DNA of 64,000 bases from an uncultured Actinomycetes bacterium (GCA_963790695.1 CAWBPX010000013.1:130121-194120), one strand, 5' to 3'; positions 1 through 8,715 are shown, counted from the stretch's first letter. Translations and numbers: made by a program. The notes: generated by a model from the sequence alone, not told the origin.

Positions 1-61
1 CCGAGAGCGCTTGGAGCATCCGTCCCGATTGCCCCGGTCGGCTCCGTACAGCGAAGCCCTA

Positions 62-95
62 AAACAAAGAGACCGGCTAGGCCGGTCTCTTGTTT
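62..95. terminator. Bidirectional intrinsic-terminator-like hairpin
   Basis: 10-bp perfect stem AGAGACCGGC/GCCGGTCTCT (68-77/81-90) with a 3-nt loop, extendable with one bulge to 62-95. The 5' flank is A-rich and the 3' flank T-rich, so it could terminate in either direction. Confidence 0.6.
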
Positions 96-212
96 CCAGT
101 ATGCGGTCAAAGTTGCTATCCGCATGAGGATGGGGGAGGTGGGTGAATGCGGTATCGGCCTCCCAGGGCGGTCGGCGATCCCTCGTTCGGGGGTTCCTGA
201 GATGCTTCCCGC

Positions 213-365
213 ATGACCATCCTCTGGTTCCTGATCTGGTTCGTCTCCGACCTCGTCGGAGACCGCGAGGTGATCACCTTCGACCCGGTGAACTGGTGGG
301 CCGGCTTCCTCCTCCTGGCGGCCGCGCTCGACCTGAACAAGTCGTACGTCGTCAAGGGCCGTTAA
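213..365 (+). CDS. Small hypothetical membrane protein (50 aa)
   Basis: ATG 213 to TAA 363-365, below the ORF-track size cutoff. Translation is MTILWFLIWFVSDLVGDREVITFDPVNWWAGFLLLAAALDLNKSYVVKGR, with two hydrophobic segments and strong G/C third-position bias. No SD and no family recognised. Confidence 0.45.
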   Translation: MTILWFLIWFVSDLVGDREVITFDPVNWWAGFLLLAAALDLNKSYVVKGR

Positions 366-366
366 C

Positions 367-424
367 AGGGACAGTCCCTCGCAACGCTCGCTACAAGGGA
401 CTGTCCCTATGAGGGACTGTCCCT
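367..424. repeat. Three copies of a 13-nt palindrome AGGGAC(A/T)GTCCCT
   Basis: Copies at 367-379, 396-408 and 412-424. Each is a 6-1-6 palindrome, and copy 1 is the exact reverse complement of copies 2 and 3. They lie between convergent stop codons at 365 and 429. Confidence 0.8.
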
Positions 425-428
425 CGCG

Positions 429-1034
429 TCAGAACTCGTAGCGCTCCTCTTTCCAGTAGTCCGCGTCGTTGTGGTAGCCGTAGCGCTCCCAGAAGCCGGG
501 CTTGTCGGACGCCACGAGCTCGATCCCGCGCAGCCACTTCGCGCTCTTCCAGAAGTACCGGCTCGGGATCACGAGGCGGAGCGGCCAGCCGTGCTCCGGC
601 GTCAGCGGTTCCCCGTCGGCCTCGTAGGCGATCAACGCGCCCTCGTCCTCGAGCGCCGCGATCGGCACGTTCGACGTGAAGTCCTGCTCTGCGTGCGCGA
701 CGACGTAGCGCGCGCTCGGCTTCGGCTTCACGAGGTCGGCGAGCGTCGCCCAGCTCACCCCGCGGAAGCCCGTGTCGAAGCGGCTCCAGCGCGTGACGCA
801 GTGGATGTCGATCCTGACCTCGGTCGCGGGCAACGCCTGCAGCTCGTCCCAGCTGAGCGTGATCGGGCTCTCGACCTCTCCGAAGACCTTGAAGTCCCAG
901 GTCGCGAGGTCGGTCTCGGGCACGCTGCCTGCGTGCAGCACGGGCCACTTCTCGGTCAGGTACTGGCCCGGAGGGAGCCGTGCCGGATCGAAGCCGGCGT
1001 CTGCGACCTTCTGCTCCGCTTTCGACCTGAACAC
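429..1034 (-). CDS. Molybdopterin-dependent oxidoreductase, sulfite oxidase / YedY(MsrP)-like catalytic domain
   Basis: ORF 429..1067 carries IHCVTRWS and PSRYFWKSAKW motifs typical of the Oxidored_molyb domain. I prefer the internal GTG at 1034, because 1067 would overlap the divergent ygfZ start. Start is uncertain. Confidence 0.75.
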   Translation of the reverse strand: MFRSKAEQKVADAGFDPARLPPGQYLTEKWPVLHAGSVPETDLATWDFKVFGEVESPITLSWDELQALPATEVRIDIHCVTRWSRFDTGFRGVSWATLADLVKPKPSARYVVAHAEQDFTSNVPIAALEDEGALIAYEADGEPLTPEHGWPLRLVIPSRYFWKSAKWLRGIELVASDKPGFWERYGYHNDADYWKEERYEF

Positions 1035-1040
1035 GGTTCC

Positions 1041-1047
1041 TACACTA
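1041..1047. promoter_or_regulatory. Overlapping face-to-face -10 boxes (TACACT on +, TAGTGT on -)
   Basis: AT-rich palindrome ACACTAGTGT (1042-1051). TACACT ends 7 nt before ATG 1054. On the other strand TAGTGT ends 7 nt before GTG 1034. Confidence 0.45.
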
Positions 1048-1053
1048 GTGAGG

Positions 1054-1809
1054 ATGGCAACCGTCACGCGCAGAGTTGCAGCGCGCCCGCGCGACTACGT
1101 GCGGGTCGCCGGTCCCGACGCGGCCGACTTCCTGCAGCGCATGCTCTCGAACGACGTCGAACAGGCGCCGTGCCGGGCGATGCTCCTGACGCCGAAGGCC
1201 CGGCTGATCGCGCCACTCGTCGTCGTGCGCCGCGCCGACGACGACTTCCTGCTGCTCACCGAGCCCGGGCTCGGCGATGCGGTGAGCTCCGCTCTCCTGC
1301 GCGCCAAGTTCGCTGCAAAGGTCGAGATCGCGCCCGAGGAGCACGTCTCGGTGATCGCGCTCGGCGAGGAGGGCGGGATTCCGAACGACGAGCTGGGCGA
1401 GCCGGGAGCGGAGCTCCTCGACAGCGACGCGGAGCCGACGCTCTCGGAAAGCGAGTCGGAGCGCCTGCGCATCGAGGGAGCGCGGCCCGCCTGGGGCAAG
1501 GAGCTCGACGACTCGATCCTTCCGGCCGAAGCAGGTCTCGACGAGACGCACGTCTCGTTCACCAAGGGCTGCTATCCGGGCCAGGAGCCGATCGCGCGCC
1601 TTCGGTACCGCGGGAAGGTCAACCGCGGCCTGCGGGTGCTGGAGGTCGAAGGCGCCGCGCCCGGTGACGAGATCCGCTACGGCGACAAGGTCGTCGGGCG
1701 CGTGACGAGCGCCGTCGGCGACCGCGCTCTCGGCTATGTCCGCGTCGAAGTCCCTGCTGAGGCGGAGGTCTCCGTAGGCGGGAAAACCGGACGCACGCTC
1801 TCCCCGTAA
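1054..1809 (+). CDS. ygfZ: YgfZ/GcvT-like folate-binding protein (Fe-S cluster repair / tRNA modification family)
   Basis: Internal ATG (residue 95) of ORF 772..1809. Has the family signature KGCYPGQE and an aminomethyltransferase-like fold pattern. Confidence 0.8.
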   Translation: MATVTRRVAARPRDYVRVAGPDAADFLQRMLSNDVEQAPCRAMLLTPKARLIAPLVVVRRADDDFLLLTEPGLGDAVSSALLRAKFAAKVEIAPEEHVSVIALGEEGGIPNDELGEPGAELLDSDAEPTLSESESERLRIEGARPAWGKELDDSILPAEAGLDETHVSFTKGCYPGQEPIARLRYRGKVNRGLRVLEVEGAAPGDEIRYGDKVVGRVTSAVGDRALGYVRVEVPAEAEVSVGGKTGRTLSP

Positions 1810-1817
1810 CACCTCCC

Positions 1818-2297
1818 ATGAGACGAATCAGAGGGGTAGTGGTGATCGCCGCCGCGCTCTCTCTGTTCGCGGTCGCCGGGTGCGGCGGTTACGGCGGGGG
1901 GAGCAAGGACAGCACGAAGAAGGCGCCGCGACGACGATCGCCGGCATGGCGACCGAGAGTCACGGGACGAAGGACGTCTCCGACGAGAGCGGCAAGGTCG
2001 AGATCGAGCTCTACGACAACTACTTCGAGCCGACGGTGCTGAAGGGCAAGCCGGGCCAGAAGGTCGAGCTCGAGCTGAAGAACGAGGGCAACGCCGCCGC
2101 ACACGTTCACGATCTCCAAGCAGAGCGTGGACAAGGAGATCCAGCCCGGTGACGAGACCGAGACCGAGGTCACGTTCCCGCAGTCCGGCCAGCTCGAGTT
2201 CGTGTGCAAGTTCCACCAGAGCAGCGGGATGGTGGGCCTGCTCGAGACGTCTGGCTCATCGTCGGCGTCGACCTCGACGGAGTCCTCGAAGTACTGA
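1818..2297 (+). pseudogene. Cupredoxin-domain lipoprotein, reading frame interrupted twice
   Basis: Lipobox signal MRRIRGVVVIAAALSLFAVAGC in ORF 1818. The protein continues in ORF 1880 (EIELYDNYFEPTVLKGKPGQKVELELKNEGN). It then returns to the first frame (HTFTISKQSVDKEIQPGDETETEVTFPQSGQLEFVCKFHQSSGMVG) with TGA at 2295-2297. Shifts are near 1915 and 2095. Confidence 0.7.
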
Positions 2298-2422
2298 GCC
2301 GTCGTTTGGTGTCGCGCCGAACGGCGCCGGCCTGACTCGCGCGCGCCGCGCCTTGCACGATCCCCTGGTTTCCCCGCGGCGTCATGCCGGGGACCAGTAG
2401 GGAAACGGCCGAAAGGAGCCAG

Positions 2423-2863
2423 ATGGGTGCAAAAGTTGGCGATGTGATGACTGGTCGACCTCGCGCTGTGACCCCGGAGACGCCTCTGACAGAGGTCGCC
2501 CAGATGATGGAGACGGAGGACGTCGGGTCGATTCCCGTCGTCGACAACGACCGCCTCGTGGGCATCGTCACGGACCGAGACATCGTGGTGCGCGCAATCG
2601 CGAAGGGCAAGGATCCAAAAGGAATGCCTGCATCCGCAGTCTCGACGCGCGAGCTCGTGACCGTCAGGCCCGAGGACGATCTCTCGGACGCGCTCGAGCT
2701 CATGGTGCGTCATCAGGTCCGGCGCCTGGCGGTGATGGGCGAGGACGAGCGCCTCGTGGGCATGGTTTCGCAGGCGGACGTCGCCCGGGAGGCGAAGGAG
2801 AAGGACACGGGCGAGGTCGTTCAGGGCATCTCGCGCGAGCCGCAAGGTCCGCGCACGCACTGA
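2423..2863 (+). CDS. CBS domain-containing protein
   Basis: ORF 2384..2863. Start taken at ATG 2423, preceded by GAAAGGAG. Tandem CBS pattern (VMTGRPRAV...IPVVDNDRLVGIVTDRDIV...VRRLAVMGEDERLVGMVSQADV). Confidence 0.85.
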   Translation: MGAKVGDVMTGRPRAVTPETPLTEVAQMMETEDVGSIPVVDNDRLVGIVTDRDIVVRAIAKGKDPKGMPASAVSTRELVTVRPEDDLSDALELMVRHQVRRLAVMGEDERLVGMVSQADVAREAKEKDTGEVVQGISREPQGPRTH

Positions 2864-2898
2864 TCTAGCTGCGTCCAGGACATCCGGGTATCCAGCGG

Positions 2899-2915
2899 GG
2901 CACCTACCGGGTGCC
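2899..2915. terminator. Short hairpin between convergent genes
   Basis: GGCACC-taccg-GGTGCC between the CBS stop (2863) and the peptidase E-like stop (2939). Short stem, no U-tract. Confidence 0.3.
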
Positions 2916-2938
2916 TCGCTGCTTCTCGGACGACGAGC

Positions 2939-3616
2939 TCAAGAGTCGGGGGAGAACAGCCTCCAGTGCCCTTCGGAGACGACCTCGACGGTTCCGTCGG
3001 CCACTTTGATGGCGGTCTCGTCGTCGATCGCATAGCCGGGGCCCGCCAAGCTGAGGGCCCACTTTTCTGCCTCGGCCATGGAATTGCCCGCCAGCTCCTC
3101 GTGATCGAGATGCGGAAAGATCGAGAAATCGACCACGCCCAGCGCTCTGTCGCTACCGGTGGGCGGCGTCCAGCGGACGAAGTCCTCCCCGATGCTGGGG
3201 GTCATCACCATGCTTCCGCCGCTCAGTCCCACCCAGACGGTCTCGTGCAGCGACGGCAACATGTCCGCAAGTCCGGACTGCTGCATCCAGTAGCAGAGAT
3301 ACAGGGAATCGCCGCCGTTCACCAGCAGGACGTCGGTCTCCTCGACCATTGGGACCCAATGCTCTTCATCGATACTGGGCAGCGCGGTCAGCTCCAGCAC
3401 TCCCAACGACTTCCAGCCCAGCTCGCACATCGGACAGCGAGGCTCTTGTCCACTGATGAACCGCCATGCCGCGCCCGGACCGGCATTGGGGTGCCCGTAC
3501 GTCGCGGTGGGAATGCAGAGCGCGCTCGATTCGGCAATCGGTTTACCCAGGAGGTCGAGCAGCGCCTCGTGGATGCTCGGGTTCTTGATGCCGGCGGAAG
3601 TGAGAAGAAACCTCAT
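2939..3616 (-). CDS. Peptidase E-like (S51) / class I glutamine amidotransferase-like protein
   Basis: ORF 2939..3634. MRFLLTSAG...LLVNGGDSLYL...GLSGGSMV pattern of family S51. ATG at 3616 is preceded by GGGAGG. Confidence 0.7.
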   Translation of the reverse strand: MRFLLTSAGIKNPSIHEALLDLLGKPIAESSALCIPTATYGHPNAGPGAAWRFISGQEPRCPMCELGWKSLGVLELTALPSIDEEHWVPMVEETDVLLVNGGDSLYLCYWMQQSGLADMLPSLHETVWVGLSGGSMVMTPSIGEDFVRWTPPTGSDRALGVVDFSIFPHLDHEELAGNSMAEAEKWALSLAGPGYAIDDETAIKVADGTVEVVSEGHWRLFSPDS

Positions 3617-3716
3617 GCTGCCTCCCAGGGTCATGACTGCAGGCCAGAACGTCCCAGCGCTTACGGATCCGTACGCCGTAGAGACCGGCCGACCATCGAA
3701 AACTCATCGGCTTCCG

Positions 3717-4322
3717 CTACTGGCGGCGCAGCCCCGAGTCGTCGAGCACGGCCGCGATCAGCCCGTCGTACCGCTCTGCTTCGAGATCACCGAGTGGATC
3801 GCGGGTGTGGCGCAGAAGCGTCTCGTAGGGAAGCGCGAAGGCCGCCCGCATGGCGATGAGCCGGCGCCGCTCCGGGCTCGCCTGGTCGTCCAGCACCTGC
3901 GACGCAGCGGTCAACCGGCGCACCAGCGCGAGCCGCGGAGGCAGGTACCAGGCCAGGACCATCGCCGCCGGGAGCGCGAAGACGAGCAGGCCGAGCAGGT
4001 CGGCCAACCTGTGGATGCTGTCGACGCCCTCTTGGCCGAGCGACTCGACGCGCCCGCCGGAACCCTCGCCTGCGCTCTCGAACGCGTCGGAGAGCTCGCC
4101 GCCGACGATCGGCACGTCACCAACCGCGTCCCCGGCGTCGTGGAAGCCCGACTGGACCGCGCTCCCGGTCTCCCGTACCCCCTGCGGCACGACGACGAGG
4201 CTGTTGACAGTGTCCCGAACTTTCAGCCCGAGCAGGGCGAGCAGGACGATCGCGAGGACGACCAGGACGTCCGAGACGACACGATTTGCGAAGCGCTGAG
4301 GAGTTCCGGGATAGAAGCGCAT
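3717..4322 (-). CDS. Hypothetical membrane protein (two predicted TM segments)
   Basis: Full ORF with good GC3 bias. Hydrophobic segments VLVVLAIVLLALLGL and LLGLLVFALPAAMVLAWYL. No family recognised. Confidence 0.6.
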   Translation of the reverse strand: MRFYPGTPQRFANRVVSDVLVVLAIVLLALLGLKVRDTVNSLVVVPQGVRETGSAVQSGFHDAGDAVGDVPIVGGELSDAFESAGEGSGGRVESLGQEGVDSIHRLADLLGLLVFALPAAMVLAWYLPPRLALVRRLTAASQVLDDQASPERRRLIAMRAAFALPYETLLRHTRDPLGDLEAERYDGLIAAVLDDSGLRRQ

Positions 4323-4393
4323 GTCGCGCTCTTACCCGCGGGCCGGGAAGCTAGCCGGAGCCGGAACCGAGCGCGCGGCGCAAACCCTGGCCC

Positions 4394-4892
4394 GTGGCGA
4401 TGTTGAGGACGACGGAATATTCGCTCGAACGGACGCAGGTCGTCCCCGTCCCGCTCGATCAGGCGTTCGCGTTCTTCGCCGACGCCCGCAACCTCGAGCG
4501 GATCACGCCGCCCTGGCTCCGCTTCCGGATCGTCGAGGCGCCGGACGAGCTCGCAGTCGGCGCTCGGCTCCGCTACCGACTCAGCCTCTTCGGGATCCCG
4601 ATCCGGTGGCGCACCGAGATCGTCGCCTGGAACCCGCCGCGCGGCTTCGTCGACGTGCAGCGTCGCGGCCCTTTCCTGCTCTGGGAGCACTCGCACCGCC
4701 TGGCGCCGGTCGACGGGCGGCACCGAGATCTACGACCACGTGCGCTACCGGCTCTTCCTCGGCCCGATCGGCGCGCTCGTGCAGCGGCTGCTGGTGCGCG
4801 GCTGGGTCGAGGGGATCTTCGACTACCGGGCCGGCGAGGTGCCCGCGCTGCTCACGCGAGCGCCCGCCGCGCCGCCTCGTCGAACGGCGTGA
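4394..4892 (+). pseudogene. SRPBCC (polyketide cyclase/dehydrase-like) family protein, one frameshift
   Basis: ORF 4394 reads well to ...WEHSHRLAPVDG. The next frame continues TEIYDHVRYRLFLGPIGALVQRLLVRGWVEGIFDYRAG to TGA 4890-4892. An extra base in GACGGGCGGC near 4717 explains the break. Confidence 0.7.
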
Positions 4893-5712
4893 GCTCGAGC
4901 GGCAGCAGCTTCCGGATCCGCTCCTCGCGCGCGATCGTCGGATTGCGCAGTCCTTCGACGAGCGGCCGCGCGACCGACGCGCTCACCGGCGTGACGAGGT
5001 TGAGCCAGAGCGAGGAGAGGTACGGCGTCAGCACCGGGACCTCGACGATTGCCGGCTTCCGGCCGAGCAGCGCGGCGATCCGCTCGATCATCTGCCGGTA
5101 GGTCATCACTTCCGGCCCGCCCGTGTCGTAGCCCTCGCCGTACGTGGCCTCGTTGCCGCAGACGCCTGCCAGGTAGCGGGCGACGTCGTCGAGCGCGATC
5201 GGCTGCGTCGGCGTCGAGACCCAGCTCGGCGTCACCATGACCGGCAGCCGCTTGACCAGGCTGAGGATCGTCTCGAAGGCGGCGCTCCCCTTGCCGACGA
5301 TCATGGCCGCGCGCAGGGTCGTCACCGGAACGCCCGCGGAGGCGAGCCTCTCTCCGGTCTCGCGGCGGCTGCGCAGGTGCGGCGACGCGCCGGGATCGTC
5401 GGCGCCGAGCCCGCCGAGGTAGACGATCTGCCGCACGCCTGCGTTCGCCGCCTCGCGCGCGACCGTCTCCGCCGCCGCGCGATCCTGCTCCTCGAAGTCG
5501 CGCGCGCCGAGCGAGTGGACGAGGTAGTAGACGACGTCCGCACCTTCCAGGGCCGCGGCGACGCCGTCGCCGCTCGCCGCATCGGCAACCACCCAGCGGG
5601 CGCCGGGCTCTTCGCGCGCGGTGCGCGAGACCGCGGTCAGCTCGTGCTCGGCCAGCAGGGGCACGAGCGCCCGGCCGACGACGCCGGTTGCGCCGAAGAC
5701 GGTGACGTTCAC
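4852..5712 (-). CDS. NAD(P)H-binding SDR/NmrA-like oxidoreductase
   Basis: ORF 4852..5805. Rossmann motif VTVFGATGVVGRAL. GTG 5712 has GGAG 9 nt upstream and forms a GTGA overlap with the upstream stop. Confidence 0.75.
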   Translation of the reverse strand: MNVTVFGATGVVGRALVPLLAEHELTAVSRTAREEPGARWVVADAASGDGVAAALEGADVVYYLVHSLGARDFEEQDRAAAETVAREAANAGVRQIVYLGGLGADDPGASPHLRSRRETGERLASAGVPVTTLRAAMIVGKGSAAFETILSLVKRLPVMVTPSWVSTPTQPIALDDVARYLAGVCGNEATYGEGYDTGGPEVMTYRQMIERIAALLGRKPAIVEVPVLTPYLSSLWLNLVTPVSASVARPLVEGLRNPTIAREERIRKLLPLELTPFDEAARRALA

Positions 5713-6224
5713 GAGCCCCGGCTCCGCAGCAGGAGCTCGAAGTAGCGGCGGCTGACCGCGGCATGGAAGGGGCTCTGCCCTTTCGCGTAGAGCATCCCGG
5801 TCCACGGCGGCGCGCCCCCGTGGGCGGCGAGCCGAGGCAGGTAGCCCTCGACCGTGACGCTCAGCTCCTGCTGATCGCCCTCGGGTCGCTGTTCGAGCGT
5901 GACAGAGCCGCCGGCCTGGAGCGCGAGCAGCCCACCCTCGATGGCGTGCCGGCAGCTGACGAGCCCGCCGTCGAACGAGAGCTCCGGCGGCCCGAAGGTG
6001 AGCAGCGTCACACCGCCGAGCAGCTTGAGCTTGCCTCCGCCGCCCCTCCAGCTCGCGCGGACGCCGCCGCGGGTGAAGCCGTCGACCGCCTGCCAGTAGG
6101 TGACGCCGAGCGTGCGGGCGCCGGCCTCCGACGCCTCGACCACGGGCTCCGCCACGAGCACCCGCTGACGCGACTCGAACCCGCCGGACTCGAGCACGCG
6201 CTCCGATGTCTCCCAGCCGGTCAT
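5709..6224 (-). CDS. Hypothetical protein, translationally coupled to the SDR gene
   Basis: Complete ORF with coding-like composition. Its stop overlaps the GTG of the downstream gene. No family recognised with confidence. Confidence 0.55.
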   Translation of the reverse strand: MTGWETSERVLESGGFESRQRVLVAEPVVEASEAGARTLGVTYWQAVDGFTRGGVRASWRGGGGKLKLLGGVTLLTFGPPELSFDGGLVSCRHAIEGGLLALQAGGSVTLEQRPEGDQQELSVTVEGYLPRLAAHGGAPPWTGMLYAKGQSPFHAAVSRRYFELLLRSRGS

Positions 6225-6230
6225 GCCGCG

Positions 6231-6923
6231 CTAGGAAGGCATCTCGTCTTCCGGATGTTCGTCGTCCGACACTCCCCGAAGAAACAGCGTTGAGTGACTA
6301 GAGCCGGTTCCCTCGCGGGCATCGGGCCACAGAACTTCTGACGACTTGCTCGCGTCGATGATCAGGTCCGCGTCGACCTCCTTCATCGAGAGCTCGATCC
6401 CTTTCGACGGCCACTCGATTGCAAACGTCAAGGTCCCTGGCGGCGGCAGCGGCCAGATCCAGTACCGCTGATTCCACTCGCGGTCGTCTCCGCCGCCGCT
6501 CTCGGGGGAAAGGATCGGGCCCGGGGGGTTCTCACCAGTGCGCCACGGCGTCTGTGCGCCGAGCGTCGTCGCCTTCCTTCCATCCGCGAACTGAACACCG
6601 AAGCGGCAAAGCTCCGGCGGAATCTCCCTGCCCAGCGGCCGCTGCATCGCCAGGCGGCCGAATGGGAATTCCATCTCTCGGTAGAAGTCTTCCCCGCTAC
6701 GGGGGCGTCGCCAACGAAAGCCCAACATCAGAGAGAAGCCAGTCGTGTAGGCGGCCAGACCGACGACCGCCACGGCGACCTGGTCCGTTTGCGCGAGCAC
6801 TACCCGAAGCGGCACCGGCGCGCCGAGCTCGTTGCTGGGTGCGCTCCACCAGGGCTCGGGCTCAGGGATCTCCAGCGGCGGCTCGGGCCGCTCGGGTGGA
6901 GGCGGAGGCTCGAAGAAGCTCAC
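6231..6923 (-). CDS. Hypothetical protein (Pro/Glu-rich N-terminus)
   Basis: ORF 6231..7079. Start placed at GTG 6923 so that it does not overlap the upstream gene, which ends at 6967. No family recognised. Confidence 0.5.
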   Translation of the reverse strand: MSFFEPPPPPERPEPPLEIPEPEPWWSAPSNELGAPVPLRVVLAQTDQVAVAVVGLAAYTTGFSLMLGFRWRRPRSGEDFYREMEFPFGRLAMQRPLGREIPPELCRFGVQFADGRKATTLGAQTPWRTGENPPGPILSPESGGGDDREWNQRYWIWPLPPPGTLTFAIEWPSKGIELSMKEVDADLIIDASKSSEVLWPDAREGTGSSHSTLFLRGVSDDEHPEDEMPS

Positions 6924-6966
6924 GGGAGCAGTCTGCCGCCTCGGGCTGGTCTTTGTCTGCGGGTAA

Positions 6967-7488
6967 CTAGCCGGCGTTGACGGCCAACTCCTGGTAGGCA
7001 GGGAGAAGCTCGTCCCACCGCGCCTTCGCGTCACCGCGCGGCTCACGCCCGGCGATGTGGGCTGCGAGATCTTCGACATGGATCTGCACCCCGGCCCCGT
7101 AGGCGGCGAGCAGGTCCAGAGGCATGCCGCGCTCCTCCCAGACCAGGATCGTCTGGTCGCCGTCGGCGGCCAGCGTGGCCTCGATGACGTCGGCGTCCGG
7201 CTGGTCGAGGTCCATCGTCAGCAGCAGACGCCGCGGGGGCTCGCACGCTTCAATGCGCCCGGTGCCTTCCGATCCGCTGGCAAAGAAGTTGTAGCGGTAC
7301 TCACCGCCGAGGCGGAGGTCGCCTTCTACCTCGCCGATCCAGCGGGCGAGACGGCCGGGATCGGTGAGCGCCGACCACAGGTCGTCCAGATCGGTGTCGA
7401 ACCGGTCCTCCATGCGCACGATGCCCTTGCCGTCTTCTGCGCGCAGACTGCCCAGGATGCGACCGCCTGCATCTGCGTTGCTCGTCAT
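6967..7488 (-). CDS. SRPBCC / AHSA1 (activator of Hsp90 ATPase homolog 1-like) family protein
   Basis: ORF 6967..7542. ATG 7488 follows AGAAGGAG. Pattern RFDTDLDDLWSALTDPGRLARWIG is typical of AHSA1/START-like proteins. Confidence 0.7.
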   Translation of the reverse strand: MTSNADAGGRILGSLRAEDGKGIVRMEDRFDTDLDDLWSALTDPGRLARWIGEVEGDLRLGGEYRYNFFASGSEGTGRIEACEPPRRLLLTMDLDQPDADVIEATLAADGDQTILVWEERGMPLDLLAAYGAGVQIHVEDLAAHIAGREPRGDAKARWDELLPAYQELAVNAG

Positions 7489-7607
7489 CTCGTGCTCCTT
7501 CTGGGAGTAGTGACTTTCCTCAGAGACTGAGCAGGGACGCATACATCATCGGTCGCTGCGTTCGTCGTTCTCCGTGGAGAGGGCGTCGCGCTGGAAGATC
7601 GAGAGGA

Positions 7608-7680
7608 TGCGCCCGGCATGATTCGAACATGCGACCTCTGCCTCCGCAGGGCAGCGCTCTATCCCCTGAGCTACGGGCGC
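7608..7680 (-). tRNA. tRNA-Arg, anticodon GCG as read
   Basis: 73-nt cloverleaf: acceptor GCGCCCG/CGGGCGC, D arm GCTC-AGGGGATA-GAGC, anticodon arm CTGCC-CTGCGGA-GGCAG, T arm GCATG-TTCGAAT-CATGC. CCA is not encoded. Confidence 0.9.
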
Positions 7681-7850
7681 AGGGGCACGCAGTGTAGCGA
7701 CGGCCGGGAGGGAATCTGGCCGCGCTCCGGCGAAAGTCCTGCCGTGGCCGACACGCCCGCAGTTCCTGACCCTGAAGGCGAACCGCGACCGCCCCGAGCG
7801 GGTCGAGCTGCTCCTCCGCCGGCTGTTCTTCCTCGCTCGTCTTCCTGATC

Positions 7851-8268
7851 GTGCTCGCCGGCCTGCTGAACGTCTTCGGCCAGCGGCCGACGAACACGCT
7901 CGCCGCGTCCTCTGCCGCCGACCTGCATGTCTTCGCCCCCGAGCGCCTGCGCGGCGGCCTCTACTACGAGGGCCGCATCACGATCGACGCGAAGCAGGAG
8001 ATCGAGAAGGCGACGCTCGTGCTCGATTCCGGCTGGACCGAGCAGATGCAGATCAACACCATCGAGCCGGCGCCCGGTCGGCGAGTCGAGCCGCGACGGA
8101 AAGCTCACCCTCGAGTTCGGCCACGTCCCCGCCGGACAGAAGCTCGTCGCCTGGATGCAGTTCCAGGTCAACCCGACGAACGTCGGCCGCCGCTCTCAGG
8201 ACGTTGCCCTCTACGACGACACGACCCTCCTCGCCCAGGCAGATCGCACCGTGACCATCTTTCCCGTG
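7851..8268 (+). pseudogene. Hypothetical exported/membrane-anchored protein, frame interrupted; both ends unresolved
   Basis: ORF 7851 (LAGLLNVFGQRP...GRITIDAKQEIEKATLVLDSGWTEQMQINTIEPAP) continues in the ORF 7927 frame (VGESSRDGKLTLEFGHVPAGQKLVAWMQFQVNPTN...TVTIFP) after a shift near 8070. The hydrophobic N-terminus seems to start upstream in another frame. There is no in-frame stop before the next gene. Confidence 0.45.
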
Positions 8269-8715
8269 ATGGACATCGTCATCCGAGCAGTCGTCGCGTT
8301 CACTCTTCGTCTTCCTCCTGACGAGGCTCATCGGGCGCCGAGAGCTGAGCTCGCTCCAGCCCTTCGACCTGATGCTCCTGATCGTGATCGGCGACCTCAT
8401 CCAGCAAGGCGTCACGCAGAACGACCTCTCGGTCACGGGCATCGTGCTCACGATCGGCGTCTTCGGGCTGATGACGCTCGCTGCGTCCTACATGGGCTTG
8501 CGCTTTCCCCGCATCCGCCCGATCCTCGAGCCGGAGCCGCTGATCCTGGTGGAGGACGGCAACGTCATCGAGCGGAACCTGAAGAAGGAGCGCATGACCC
8601 GGAGGAGCTCGCGGCCGAGGCGCGCATCCAGCAGATCGACTCGCTGGACAAGGTGAAGTGGGCCGTCCTCGAGTCGGGCGGTCAGATCAGCTTCATCCCG
8701 AAGTCCGGGTCGTAG
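8269..8715 (+). pseudogene. DUF421 (YetF-like) membrane protein, two frameshifts
   Basis: MDIVIRAVVAFTL (frame of ORF 7927). Then FVFLLTRLIGRRELSSLQPFDLMLLIVIGDLIQQGV...VEDGNVIERNLKKERMT (ORF 8372). Then [34 protein letters not shown] (ORF 7927 frame). Shifts are near 8310 and 8600. Confidence 0.7.

Noticed and set aside
1-60. 3' end of an upstream gene or a small RNA ending at the 62-95 terminator
   Set aside because: One frame ends at TAA 58-60, but only 19 codons are visible and codon bias is weak. I could not match the sequence to tmRNA, RNase P, SRP or 6S RNA ends. This is left unannotated.
146-199. 17-codon upstream ORF (MRYRPPRAVGDPSFGGS) with a good GGAGGTG SD, ahead of the 213..365 small gene
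   Set aside because: It could be a leader peptide or the frameshifted N-terminus of the small gene. However, the composition is not coding-like and nothing else supports it.
367-424. CRISPR-like array
   Set aside because: Only three 13-nt copies, palindromic, with unequal spacers of 16 and 3 nt. No cas genes are present in the window.
471-1667. Long Arg/Ala/Pro-rich ORFs antisense or out of frame to recognised genes (for example 471..1667, 8682..10022, 11898..13379, 26406..28013, 29996..31783, 60498..62747)
   Set aside because: These are typical high-GC shadow ORFs: no family resemblance, low-complexity Arg/Pro/Gly composition, and complete overlap with well-supported genes.
7680-8270. Possible genomic island or integration site next to tRNA-Arg
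   Set aside because: There is no integrase, no direct repeat of the tRNA 3' end and no compositional break. The flanking genes are ordinary, although frameshifted.
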